Assembly (NCBI GenBank): GCA_050300995.1
Contig: JBNKYR010000001.1
Location: forward strand, 1 to 52,988
Source: Crocinitomicaceae bacterium
GTDB taxonomy: Bacteria; Bacteroidota; Bacteroidia; Flavobacteriales_D; Crocinitomicaceae
Length of the DNA stretch: 52,988 nt
Direction: 5' to 3'
The notes under the pieces were generated by a model. The model searched no databases and had not been told where the DNA came from. It saw only the letters and a program-made list of their open reading frames with translations. Below, piece after piece: positions 26,671 through 35,520 of this stretch. The first letter of the stretch is position 1; every line of letters begins with the position of its first letter. Both the position numbers and the translations under genes were made by a program.

Positions 26671-26940
26671 TTACGCCTCTGCAGTTTCAAATGGAACTAC
26701 TGATACATACGAACGATTGTTCTTTCTTTTGCGGAATTCAACAAGTCCATCAGTCAACGCGTAAAGCGTGTGATCTTTTCCGATTCCCACATTTTCACCA
26801 GGATGGTGCTGTGTTCCTCGCTGGCGAACAATAATATTACCGGCAATTGCCGCCTGTCCTCCGAAGATCTTAACGCCCAATCGCTTGCTTTCCGATTCAC
26901 GACCGTTTTTCGAACTACCGACTCCTTTTTTATGTGCCAT
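26671..26940 (-). CDS. rpmA: 50S ribosomal protein L27
   Basis: [24 protein letters not shown]...[20 protein letters not shown]. Confidence 0.95.
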   Translation of the reverse strand: MAHKKGVGSSKNGRESESKRLGVKIFGGQAAIAGNIIVRQRGTQHHPGENVGIGKDHTLYALTDGLVEFRKRKNNRSYVSVVPFETAEA

Positions 26941-26998
26941 CGTTTTTTATTTTGAGACTTCAGACGTTAGCACCTGTCTACCGTCTTTAGTCTGTCAT

Positions 26999-27457
26999 TT
27001 ATTTTTCTTCTTTCGCTTCCGTTTTCTTGGCTGCTGGTTTTTTCGCCGCTGGCTTCTTAGCTGCAGGCTTTTTCTCAGCTTTCGGTGCGTCTTCAGCTTT
27101 TTCAGCCTTTGGTTCAGCTTCTTTCTTCGCTGCAGGCTTTGCACCGCTTGCCTTGATATCCGAAATTGTCAACGCAGTAAAATACTGACGATGTCCATTT
27201 CTCTTGGCATATCCTTTTCTACGTTTCTTTCTGAAGACAACCACTTTGTCTCCTTTTACGTGCTCTTCCACTTTCGCGGAAACTACCGCACCTTTTATAG
27301 CCGGGGCGCCGAGTGTCACTTTTCCACCATCCTCGATCAAAAGCACTTTATCGAAGTCAACCTTCTTTCCTGCTTCTGCATCCAAACGGTGAACATAGAT
27401 CTTCTGGTCTTTCTGCACTTTAAACTGCTGCCCTGCTATCTCCACTATTGCGTACAT
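26999..27457 (-). CDS. rplU: 50S ribosomal protein L21 with Lys/Ala/Pro-rich C-terminal extension
   Basis: [25 protein letters not shown]...KVLLIEDGG core, followed by a ~48-aa tail ...[46 protein letters not shown]. Confidence 0.9.
   Translation of the reverse strand: MYAIVEIAGQQFKVQKDQKIYVHRLDAEAGKKVDFDKVLLIEDGGKVTLGAPAIKGAVVSAKVEEHVKGDKVVVFRKKRRKGYAKRNGHRQYFTALTISDIKASGAKPAAKKEAEPKAEKAEDAPKAEKKPAAKKPAAKKPAAKKTEAKEEK
27026..27070. repeat. 3 x 15-nt tandem repeat encoding (KKPAA)3 in the L21 tail
   Basis: cttggctgctggttt / tttcgccgctggctt / cttagctgcaggctt on the plus strand. Confidence 0.8.
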
Positions 27458-27508
27458 AATAGCTCTTTAAATGATTAATACTATTCCGAAAAACGGACGA
27501 CAAAGATA

Positions 27509-27516
27509 GTCTTTTT
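27509..27516 (-). promoter_or_regulatory. Candidate -7 box TATCTTTG for rplU-rpmA
   Basis: Plus-strand CAAAGATA equals minus-strand TATCTTTG (TAnnTTTG), about 52 nt upstream of the rplU ATG. Confidence 0.3.
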
Positions 27517-27556
27517 TGTTTACATCGCAACGTTTAAAACTTCTTTATTGCATTTT

Positions 27557-27673
27557 TCAGAAGTCGGCGTACATAAAACTGATAGTTTCCTCCGAACGGT
27601 TCATCAGCATATAAACGAGTAATGCCGTAAATATCAACCCAAGAAAAACACGAAGAATCCAGCGCTTATTCAT
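27557..27673 (-). CDS. Possible 38-aa single-TM micro-protein coupled to the DltD-like gene
   Basis: Its ATG overlaps the upstream stop (GAGTATGAATAA). Encodes MNKRWILRVFLGLIFTALLVYMLMNRSEETISFMYADF. Below the ORF-track cutoff and without homology evidence. Confidence 0.3.
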   Translation of the reverse strand: MNKRWILRVFLGLIFTALLVYMLMNRSEETISFMYADF

Positions 27674-28802
27674 ACTCTTCCTTAATTCGTTCATAGATCA
27701 GATAGGCCCCATATTTGCTGTGATGTTGCGCATCCTTAAAGGTCCATTTTCGTTCCGAAAGATCCGAGGCATCAATGAGTTTTTGCTCGTGTGCTTCAAA
27801 GAAATTGCGTAGATCCTGCATCAGTTGTTCATAGTCGGCCACCGTTTCTTCGGAAGCCACCTCCCCGGCAAGCACACCATTGTACGGCCCTAACACAAAG
27901 GTGACATCCACATCGTATTCACTGCAAACCTCAATAAATTCTTCAAGGGCGGTGTACCGGTAATCGGAGCTCTTGTCGACCAACGGCATCAATTCCGGTG
28001 AAATTCCAAGGTGCAAGTAATCATCCCATGCGTTGTACGCGGAATCCACTGCCTCCTGCGAAAACGACAGCGCCTGTTCCGCCACATCCTCCGGAATGGA
28101 AAGCGTATCAAATGGGACAAAGTCACCCCGATCCTCTCCGAAAACCGACTTCAGATTGTTGTAGTACAATGAATGAACCTCATTATTGATCGCACCGCTG
28201 AGTTTATCGACCCACGACACCGGAGACTCGTACACAACACCGTAAAGACTATCAAAATTGCCCCCCAGGTCTTCCCGCGCAGGTTCGACAGATAAATCAT
28301 TGAGGTAACGAGACAGGTATTCCTCATCGGCGTGATTCAGTGTTTCCCGCCAATAGGTCGGGTTGACAAATACAAGAACCTCCTGCTCCTTCCAGGCTGC
28401 AGGATCCGACAAGATGAGCGGAATGTACATCTCACAAAAGCGCCCGGCACCATAAAAGACAGAAAAACGATTGTCGATTTCGGGATCAGCATTCAACAAT
28501 TCCCAATAATTGAACCCGTCCATCGGTACAGATTCGGAAGTACCAAGAATCAATACACCTTTGTTTTTTCGGATGTTTTCCAAAAAGTGATGGAAATAGG
28601 CATTGCTCTCCTTCACGTGGTTCGCACGCACCTCCAAAAACTGGTCTTCGCCGGAATCAACCAGGTAGTGATCTTCCGTGAAAAAATACAATCCTCCTGT
28701 CAAAGCAATCAAGAGAACTCCCGAAATCAGTGCACCATACCCCACTTCCCGCATAGCAGAAAGACGGTTCAGGCGATCAAAAAACTGAGTTGGCGTTCTC
28801 AT
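27666..28802 (-). CDS. DltD/AlgX-like SGNH-fold acyl-transfer partner of the MBOAT protein (N-terminal membrane anchor)
   Basis: TM helix YGALISGVLLIALTGGLYFF. Ser motif VLILGTSES and C-terminal DAQH (DxxH) as in SGNH/DltD proteins. 4-nt ATGA overlap with the MBOAT gene. Confidence 0.5.
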   Translation of the reverse strand: MRTPTQFFDRLNRLSAMREVGYGALISGVLLIALTGGLYFFTEDHYLVDSGEDQFLEVRANHVKESNAYFHHFLENIRKNKGVLILGTSESVPMDGFNYWELLNADPEIDNRFSVFYGAGRFCEMYIPLILSDPAAWKEQEVLVFVNPTYWRETLNHADEEYLSRYLNDLSVEPAREDLGGNFDSLYGVVYESPVSWVDKLSGAINNEVHSLYYNNLKSVFGEDRGDFVPFDTLSIPEDVAEQALSFSQEAVDSAYNAWDDYLHLGISPELMPLVDKSSDYRYTALEEFIEVCSEYDVDVTFVLGPYNGVLAGEVASEETVADYEQLMQDLRNFFEAHEQKLIDASDLSERKWTFKDAQHHSKYGAYLIYERIKEEYE

Positions 28803-30022
28803 GGTAACAATAGTTTAAGTGCAGTTTCCAAATCCTGATTCGCATAGTTAAAGAAGACCCAACCGAACGTTACAAAGCTGAATGTGAGCAACCAGCCAAC
28901 AACCGAAAGCATCCAGTCCAGTTTTTTCTTCCCGAAAGAAGTATGGATGCGGTCGTGAAGCTTCGTTGAACTCCAGGCCTTATATACGGAAAGTCCTACC
29001 CCATGCCAAAGTCCCCACCAGATAAAATTGGACGTATCGCCGTGCCAGACACCGCAGATGAAAAACGTCAGTATATATCCGATAATGGAGACCGCTAACC
29101 GAGGAGGCTTAATCTTCCACCTGGAAATTCCCTTCACGATCGGCTTGAAGATCAATTCGCGTAGAAAGGTCGAAAAAGTGATATGCCAACGCCTCCAGAA
29201 ATCTGAAATATTGGTCGCCAGATAAGGCATTCGAAAGTTCTCCGGGGTCCGAACCCCCATAAGATACCCGGAACCAATGGCGATATCCGAATACCCTGAA
29301 AAATCGAGATAGATGTACATCGAATAATACAACAGACTCATCAACAGTGCACCGGCACCTCCCAGGGTCTCCAGCCACGGTTCATAACTGATTGCCGAGA
29401 CATAGATCAACGGGACCAGCGCGTATTTTTTGATGAACCCGACCATAATACGCCCGAGTCCGGGAAGGATCAACGCCTTCTTAAAAGTATCTTCAGGGCG
29501 GTCGCTCCAACGCTTGAAATTGTTATAAACGTCAATCGGGCCGGCAAGGAAATTCGGAAAGAAGAGCACAAAGTTCAGGTAATCGATAAAGGCAAAGTGC
29601 CTGATCTTTCGCTTGAAGGAATCTACCAAAAACTGAATGTGCCGGAACATGATATAACTGATCCCAAGCCGTTGCAACAACGTTCCCGGATCGTCCGTCA
29701 ATTGAAAAGAGGAGATCCCAAAGGTCTTCGGATAACTTCGGACACAGAACAGGAGAATCACGGTAATGATTCCTGTTGCTGTCAATGCCTTCCCACGCGA
29801 AACACCGGTTCGGGAAACATACCGCCCAAGTAAATAAATAACGAGTGTGATCGAGCCATGCATGAGCAAGGTCGCCCATGTCAGTACAGTTGAAAGAATT
29901 ACGAGATTTCCGAGAAGTAAAAGTCCTTTTTGAAATGCGTTCCGGGTCCATTGTCGCAGCAGTAACTGCAAGAGAAGAAAGGATGCAACAACCAACAATT
30001 CACCCGACGATGAAAAGAGCAT
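28799..30022 (-). CDS. MBOAT-family membrane O-acyltransferase (AlgI/DltB-like)
   Basis: Polytopic 407 aa. Motifs ISDFWRRWHITFSTFLRELIF and CGVWHG with the conserved His. Confidence 0.85.
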   Translation of the reverse strand: MLFSSSGELLVVASFLLLQLLLRQWTRNAFQKGLLLLGNLVILSTVLTWATLLMHGSITLVIYLLGRYVSRTGVSRGKALTATGIITVILLFCVRSYPKTFGISSFQLTDDPGTLLQRLGISYIMFRHIQFLVDSFKRKIRHFAFIDYLNFVLFFPNFLAGPIDVYNNFKRWSDRPEDTFKKALILPGLGRIMVGFIKKYALVPLIYVSAISYEPWLETLGGAGALLMSLLYYSMYIYLDFSGYSDIAIGSGYLMGVRTPENFRMPYLATNISDFWRRWHITFSTFLRELIFKPIVKGISRWKIKPPRLAVSIIGYILTFFICGVWHGDTSNFIWWGLWHGVGLSVYKAWSSTKLHDRIHTSFGKKKLDWMLSVVGWLLTFSFVTFGWVFFNYANQDLETALKLLLP

Positions 30023-30093
30023 TCATTAGGTTTTAGTTCGGGTAAATGTACTAAAATCGACAGAGGTAAGCAGAACGCACCTTCCGGCGGCGA

Positions 30094-30597
30094 TCAGATA
30101 TGCTTGATGTACGAACTGTAACGGCGCTTGTCCCAATAGATAACCACGGAAGTTTTTTCGGATTGAACAATTTCAATTCCCGGGTGTGGCAACATGAACT
30201 TCTTTTTCTTGTCGTTGAAATTGTAAACCCATTGATCGCGGTAAACAAACCAACGATTACTCCAGGAAATATCAGACCCCATTCCCATGTCCTTTCCAGC
30301 GCCTACAATATACAGATCATTGTTGCCACGATGCAGAATCGCCAATCCCTCCTGACGGCCAGCCTTCAGTTTCACCCAAAACACAATGTCCGACAGATCA
30401 TCGCCATTGAGATCTTCTTCAAGGTAAAAAGGATTGACTTTCCCGATGACAACGTAATTATCCATCAACGGATTCGATTTAAGCGCCTTTAGCGCCCAAT
30501 CCGGCATGTTCATTGCCAATACCGAATCGACCTGCGCCGAAACGAGATGTGAAAATGCTACCAGGATCATAACAACGAGCTGCTTCATCATCCTCAA
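30094..30597 (-). CDS. Hypothetical secreted protein with one FG-GAP-like Ca-binding loop
   Basis: Signal peptide MRMMKQLVVMILVAFSHLVSAQ and an EEDLNGDDLSDIVFWV segment. Confidence 0.45.
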   Translation of the reverse strand: MRMMKQLVVMILVAFSHLVSAQVDSVLAMNMPDWALKALKSNPLMDNYVVIGKVNPFYLEEDLNGDDLSDIVFWVKLKAGRQEGLAILHRGNNDLYIVGAGKDMGMGSDISWSNRWFVYRDQWVYNFNDKKKKFMLPHPGIEIVQSEKTSVVIYWDKRRYSSYIKHI

Positions 30598-30652
30598 AGC
30601 TACACAGCACCGGATTGTGAATCCATACTATCGGCAACGGTTTTCCGCCAAA

Positions 30653-31597
30653 CTATACAGGTCTATGCTGTTTTCGAGCCATGTGGCGAGCAAGGTAGTT
30701 TGCCACAAAAACACCGCCAAGAACCAGCCCCATCGAGCCAATCTGCGCCAACGTGATAGTTTCCCCGAAATACAATCCGATCAGCACCGCAAATACAGGG
30801 ATCAGATAGGTTACGCTACTTGCGAACAATACCGAAGAGATCGTCACAAGTTTATTGAAAAGAATAACGGCCAACGCAGTTCCCACAATACTCAGAATCA
30901 ATAAAGCTGTCATTCCTTCCGCGGCATGAGGATCTGTTTTCATTTCACCGAACGCACCACTCTGCCAGGCAATGATTCCGGACGGAAGAAAGAGGAATAA
31001 AAAGGAGAGCGAGGTGATCTCAAAACTTTTGAACTTCTGCAAAGTGTACTTGATCGTGTTCAGGCTGATCGCATAACAAAAGGTTGCCAGCACGATTGCC
31101 AGGATGTGCGACCATCCACCGCTGATGGACAGATCTTTCCCCGAGATCATCAGTAAGACCACACCACATGTACCTATAAAAACTCCTAGTAATTGCACCG
31201 GGGTGAGGCGCTGACGAAACACTACAAAACCAATGATCAGCGCAAAAATTGGCGTAAAACTGTTCAGCATTCCGGCATAACCCGAAGAGATCCCTGTTTC
31301 CGAATAAGTAAACAAAAAAGCCGGAAAGAAATTGCCGCAAGCTCCAACCGTCGCCAGCATCAAGCCTTCGCGCCAGGTTTCAATTCGCTTCAGCGCACGC
31401 ACAGCAAAGGGAAGCAACACAACCGAGGCGATCAGCATACGCAATGCCGCCACCTGCGTGTCCGAAAAGATCTGATGCCCTGTTTCCGTGAACATAGCCT
31501 TTTTCATCAGAATGAAAGAGCTTCCCCACACGGCAGAGAGGATCAAAAGATACAACCAGCTTTTTGCTTCGTTTGACACGCCGCAAAAGTACATCAA
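30653..31597 (-). CDS. EamA/DMT-superfamily transporter
   Basis: About ten hydrophobic helices and a duplicated EamA-like architecture (LLILSAVWGSSFILMK...; second half LATFCYAISLNTIKY...). Confidence 0.85.
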   Translation of the reverse strand: MMYFCGVSNEAKSWLYLLILSAVWGSSFILMKKAMFTETGHQIFSDTQVAALRMLIASVVLLPFAVRALKRIETWREGLMLATVGACGNFFPAFLFTYSETGISSGYAGMLNSFTPIFALIIGFVVFRQRLTPVQLLGVFIGTCGVVLLMISGKDLSISGGWSHILAIVLATFCYAISLNTIKYTLQKFKSFEITSLSFLFLFLPSGIIAWQSGAFGEMKTDPHAAEGMTALLILSIVGTALAVILFNKLVTISSVLFASSVTYLIPVFAVLIGLYFGETITLAQIGSMGLVLGGVFVANYLARHMARKQHRPV

Positions 31598-31636
31598 AAA
31601 AGAAAGTGTAATTGTAAAAATCCCGGCACTAAAACG

Positions 31637-32008
31637 CTACCAGGTTTTTTCGAAGTAGGCCTGATCAAAGGTTCGGTTGGAATCGACCCACAATGTTTTG
31701 GTTCTGTTCTTCAGGAACAGCGGATCCTTCTTCCCGAACAATCGTGAGAGCGCAGCAATGGGGAAAAGAAACAGGTAAAAAATGATGGTCAGAAGGATGT
31801 TCGGCATGATCATCCCCAGCACCCTGGCCAGTTTCATCCAAAGCATGTCAATCAGATCGCTCAGAAAAGTGGAAACAATCCCCAGCAAGCCCACGGAAAC
31901 AGCCACAATAAGTGCCCATTCCATCTTGGTGATCTGATACACAACCATAAACCCGACGCAAATGGTCAGAACTGTTTTTGCCGAATTCTTTTTGCCGGAT
32001 GATGTCAT
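31637..32008 (-). CDS. SxtJ-like small membrane protein
   Basis: Start at MTSSGKKNS (32008), 1 nt after the upstream stop. About three TM helices, 123 aa. Lies in a carbamoyltransferase cassette, as sxtJ homologues do. Confidence 0.5.
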   Translation of the reverse strand: MTSSGKKNSAKTVLTICVGFMVVYQITKMEWALIVAVSVGLLGIVSTFLSDLIDMLWMKLARVLGMIMPNILLTIIFYLFLFPIAALSRLFGKKDPLFLKNRTKTLWVDSNRTFDQAYFEKTW

Positions 32009-32009
32009 A

Positions 32010-32159
32010 TCAGAATATCGAATAAATGAATGGTGCCACCGCACTGCTACCTCCAAATACGATCAGTATCGCGAGAAGCAAAAAGACAATAATGATGGGT
32101 ACCAGCCAGAATTTCTTCCGTTCTTTCAGAAATAACCAGAGATCCTTCAAAAAACTCAT
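32010..32159 (-). CDS. DUF5989 (SxtK-like) 49-aa membrane peptide (below the ORF-track cutoff)
   Basis: Hand-translated as MSFLKDLWLFLKERKKFWLVPIIIVFLLLAILIVFGGSSAVAPFIYSIF. This is the characteristic family pattern as I recall it. Confidence 0.55.
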   Translation of the reverse strand: MSFLKDLWLFLKERKKFWLVPIIIVFLLLAILIVFGGSSAVAPFIYSIF

Positions 32160-32198
32160 AGATGTGTGCTTTGGTTCTTAAATTACATTTTTCCGCGA

Positions 32199-33347
32199 TC
32201 ATTCACGCTTATAACTGTTCACGTAACGGAAAATTTTTCGTGCAATCATGGCGTGTGCCTCACTCGAAATATGCCGGTGCCCGTGTTTTACGTGTACTTT
32301 CGACAGTTTTGCATAATCTGCTTTCAGGTCCGGCGTATAAAAAAGCGTATCGCTATTCGCACGGAAATCGGTCAGGATATCATCCGGAATAGACGATTTG
32401 ATCCCAACCCGGGGAATATCCACGATAATGAGCGGAACCCCCAATTCGTCGTGACAATACCTGTACATTTCCCTGATCAGTTCCACTTCCAATTGTTTGT
32501 TGTACAGCTGAACTTCACTATCATCCGCCACCGCATATTCGTTGTACTTCGCAGCATCCTTTCTGGATTCATCAATCTTGCTCTTCTTCATTGAATCCCA
32601 AATCGTATTGAAGCAAAGTCCGTAGAGGTAGGAATTCTCGCCCAACCACCGGAACAGTCCGAAGCGGTAAATAAAATTCTGGATCTTCACCCCGGGAATG
32701 TATGCATAGCTTTTCGGCATCAATGAATCGTTGCGCACCACAAAAAGATTGCTTCGCACATTATCGTCAAAATCATTCTTGTAAAAACCGAGAGTTACAA
32801 AATCCGGATGGTATTTATAGCCTTCATTCATCAGAAACACCAATTGTTCAGCTGTTCCACTTCCCGAAACACCTTCATTGATCGCCGTCACCTTTTTACC
32901 ATCCTTTTCAAACAGGCGTTCAAGTACAGCCGTAAATACCTGCGACTGTTGCACTTCGTATCCCTGCGTATGCGAATCACCAAGACAAAGGATTCTCACC
33001 TCACCCTCGCCTTTTTCGTATTGAATATCCTTGTTGCTCCGAAATCCTTTGTTGTTGGTTACAAAATCAAATTCGCCATCAACACTCGTATGGGTAAATG
33101 CCATGTTCGGACGAATTCCCCGGATCGTATAATCGCCATAGGTAAAATCGGTGTGATACCTTGGAAAGAGGACCATCGTGTCTTTGTAGAGAGCACGAAC
33201 AATGAACTCGCCCACCAGTAACATCAGAAAGGTAACGAGTAAAGAAATGGAGAGATTGATGAGACGTTCCCTGAGCGTCTTTTTCTTCTTCACCTTTTTC
33301 GGCTTTGAAGACTTTCCCTCTGACGGAACCTCCGATCCTGTCATCAA
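32199..33347 (-). CDS. SGNH/GDSL-type hydrolase or acyl/carbamoyl-esterase-like protein, N-terminal anchor
   Basis: Lys-rich N-terminus then TM (LSISLLVTFLMLLVGEFIV). Block I motif RILCLGDSHTQGY. 4-nt overlap with the carbamoyltransferase gene. Confidence 0.6.
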   Translation of the reverse strand: MMTGSEVPSEGKSSKPKKVKKKKTLRERLINLSISLLVTFLMLLVGEFIVRALYKDTMVLFPRYHTDFTYGDYTIRGIRPNMAFTHTSVDGEFDFVTNNKGFRSNKDIQYEKGEGEVRILCLGDSHTQGYEVQQSQVFTAVLERLFEKDGKKVTAINEGVSGSGTAEQLVFLMNEGYKYHPDFVTLGFYKNDFDDNVRSNLFVVRNDSLMPKSYAYIPGVKIQNFIYRFGLFRWLGENSYLYGLCFNTIWDSMKKSKIDESRKDAAKYNEYAVADDSEVQLYNKQLEVELIREMYRYCHDELGVPLIIVDIPRVGIKSSIPDDILTDFRANSDTLFYTPDLKADYAKLSKVHVKHGHRHISSEAHAMIARKIFRYVNSYKRE

Positions 33348-35206
33348 TCCATTTTAAATTTGACCATCCACTTCTCTTTGTTTTCCCAGTCCGGTTGCGA
33401 GGTCTTACAATATACGAAATTTCCGATCACAAGGTAGTCCATGTCCGTGCTCATAAAGCAGCGATACGCGTCATACGGCGTACAAACAATCGGTTCACCA
33501 CGCACGTTGAAACTGGTATTGACGACCACTCCCTGACCGGTTTGTTTCTTAAACGCATTGATCAACTCCCAGTAGCGCGGATTTGTTTCTTTGTGAACCG
33601 TCTGAACGCGGGCTGAAAAATCGAGATGCGTAATCGATTGTACATCGCTACGTGTACAATACAACCGATCCCACAAAGACATTTCATTGTAGTTTTCGGG
33701 GAGTTTTGCACGTCTTTTCTCCACAACCGGCGCCACCAAAAGCATGTATGGAGAATCCGTATCCAAATCAAAAAATTCTTTCGTGTCTTCTGCCAAAACC
33801 GAAGGTGCAAAAGGCCTGAATCCTTCCCGGTATTTGATTTTCAGATTGAGCTTTTTCTGCATGTCGGCGTTACGGGCATCCCCCAGAATACTTCGACCAC
33901 CCAGCGCGCGCGGACCGAATTCCATACGCCCCTGGAACCAACCGATTACATTTCCTTCGGCCAGCTTTTCAGCCGCAAAGTCAGCCAATTTTGAGAAATC
34001 AGCATAGTAATCGTACACGCCCTTCACCTTGCGGGTCATCCGCTCGATCTCTTTATCCGAATAATCAGGCCCCAAATAAGCCCCCTTCATCGCATCCGGC
34101 TTGCAGATCTCACGCTCTTCATCGAAATACATGTAGTTCACTGCAAGGGCTGCCCCCAGTGAACATCCTGCATCTCCGGAAGCCGGCTGGATATACACTT
34201 CATCGAAAGTTCCTTTCCGAAGCAACTTCCCATTTGCCACACAGTTCAATGCCACCCCACCCGAAAGGCAGATGTTTTTCGAACCGGTAATCCGCCGGGC
34301 CTCCTCTGCCATTTTCAAAACAATTTCCTCCGTAACGATCTGTGCTGCCAAAGCAAAATTGCAATGATGCTGCTCCAGATCATCATCGGGTTTTCTCACC
34401 GGAAAACCGAACAATTCCGCCCATGATTTATCCTTCACCATGCGCAGACCGGTTGCGTAATTAAAATGCTTCTGATTCAGCCAGACCGAGCCATCCTCCT
34501 TGATATCTACCAGGTGCTTCTTAATACTTTCCACGTACTGGCGCGTCTGTTCGGCATCAGGATTTCCATAAGGTGCCAACCCCATCAATTTGTACTCGCC
34601 GGAATTCACCTTGAAACCAAGAAAATAGGTAAATGCACTGTAGAGCAATCCGACCGAATGTGGAAAATTCAACTCCTTGAGGATACTGATCTTATTCCCC
34701 TTACCAAGACCAATGGTCGCGGTATTCCACTCCCCCACACCATCGATGGTCAGGATGGCAGATTCCTCAAAAGGCGATACATAAAAAGCACTGGCCGCAT
34801 GTGAAAGGTGATGTTCCGGAAACAGGAGTTTGAGGTCCTTTTTCGAATACACCCCCACTTCTTCCAGACCCTCATGGATCATTTTCTTCAGAAACATCTT
34901 CTCGTTGAGCCAAACAGGGATCGCCTTCAGAAATGACATGAGTCCCTTCGGGGAAAAGGCCATATAAGTTTCCAGTAAGCGCTCAAATTTCAAGAGGGGC
35001 TTGTCGTAAAACACAACAGCATCAAGCTCATCGATGGTCAACCCAGCTTCATCCAGACAATAGCGGATCGCATTTACCGGAAAGTCTTCCGTGTGTTTGA
35101 TTCGTGTAAAACGCTCCTCCTGAGCGGCAGCGACAACCTCTCCTCCGATCGTAATTGCAGCAGCAGAATCATGGTAGAAAGCAGATATTCCCAGAATTTT
35201 CTTCAA
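33344..35206 (-). CDS. Carbamoyltransferase (NodU/CmcH/SxtI family)
   Basis: MKKILGISAFYHDSAAA..., LSGGVALNC, HTPDAR-type C-terminal domain segments (NTSFNVRGEPIVCTPYDAYRCF). Confidence 0.9.
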   Translation of the reverse strand: MKKILGISAFYHDSAAAITIGGEVVAAAQEERFTRIKHTEDFPVNAIRYCLDEAGLTIDELDAVVFYDKPLLKFERLLETYMAFSPKGLMSFLKAIPVWLNEKMFLKKMIHEGLEEVGVYSKKDLKLLFPEHHLSHAASAFYVSPFEESAILTIDGVGEWNTATIGLGKGNKISILKELNFPHSVGLLYSAFTYFLGFKVNSGEYKLMGLAPYGNPDAEQTRQYVESIKKHLVDIKEDGSVWLNQKHFNYATGLRMVKDKSWAELFGFPVRKPDDDLEQHHCNFALAAQIVTEEIVLKMAEEARRITGSKNICLSGGVALNCVANGKLLRKGTFDEVYIQPASGDAGCSLGAALAVNYMYFDEEREICKPDAMKGAYLGPDYSDKEIERMTRKVKGVYDYYADFSKLADFAAEKLAEGNVIGWFQGRMEFGPRALGGRSILGDARNADMQKKLNLKIKYREGFRPFAPSVLAEDTKEFFDLDTDSPYMLLVAPVVEKRRAKLPENYNEMSLWDRLYCTRSDVQSITHLDFSARVQTVHKETNPRYWELINAFKKQTGQGVVVNTSFNVRGEPIVCTPYDAYRCFMSTDMDYLVIGNFVYCKTSQPDWENKEKWMVKFKMD

Positions 35207-35289
35207 CCCACACCGTTTGAGTGCTAAAGATAGATAAATAATCGAATGTGAAACCGCCCTGCAATCTCCCGTCGGGAAACACTTTTCGC

Positions 35290-35371
35290 CAATTATCCAA
35301 ATGCGGATAACCGCATTGCACCCTCATTTTAATGAAGCCTCTTCCCCCTTGTTTCAGACCTGCGGATAACC
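35290..35371. promoter_or_regulatory. Two copies of TGCGGATAACCG (near-palindromic GCGG-ATAA-CCGC) in the divergent intergenic region
   Basis: Copies at 35301-35312 and 35360-35371. The first is embedded in TTATCC-aaatgc-GGATAA. Confidence 0.3.
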
Positions 35372-35400
35372 GGAAAGTTTTTCACAATGTATTTTTCATT

Positions 35401-35416
35401 TACCACTTTTTACCAC
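35401..35416 (-). promoter_or_regulatory. Distal pair of GTGGTA boxes (candidate MraZ operator, inverted orientation)
   Basis: TACCACTTTTTACCAC is the exact reverse complement of the proximal site at 35521-35536. Confidence 0.4.
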
Positions 35417-35520
35417 ATAACGAAAATCTCCATTTTTACTGTATTATTGGGATATAGCGGATTTGGTTCGAAACCTTTTTTTGTTAATTTCGTTTATAAT
35501 TATCAACAATATGAAATTCG

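Noticed and set aside
26885-27478. 197-aa plus-strand ORF rich in F/L/C/S
   Set aside because: It is antisense to rpmA and rplU, and its composition mirrors the Lys/Ala-rich L21 tail. I do not consider it a real gene.
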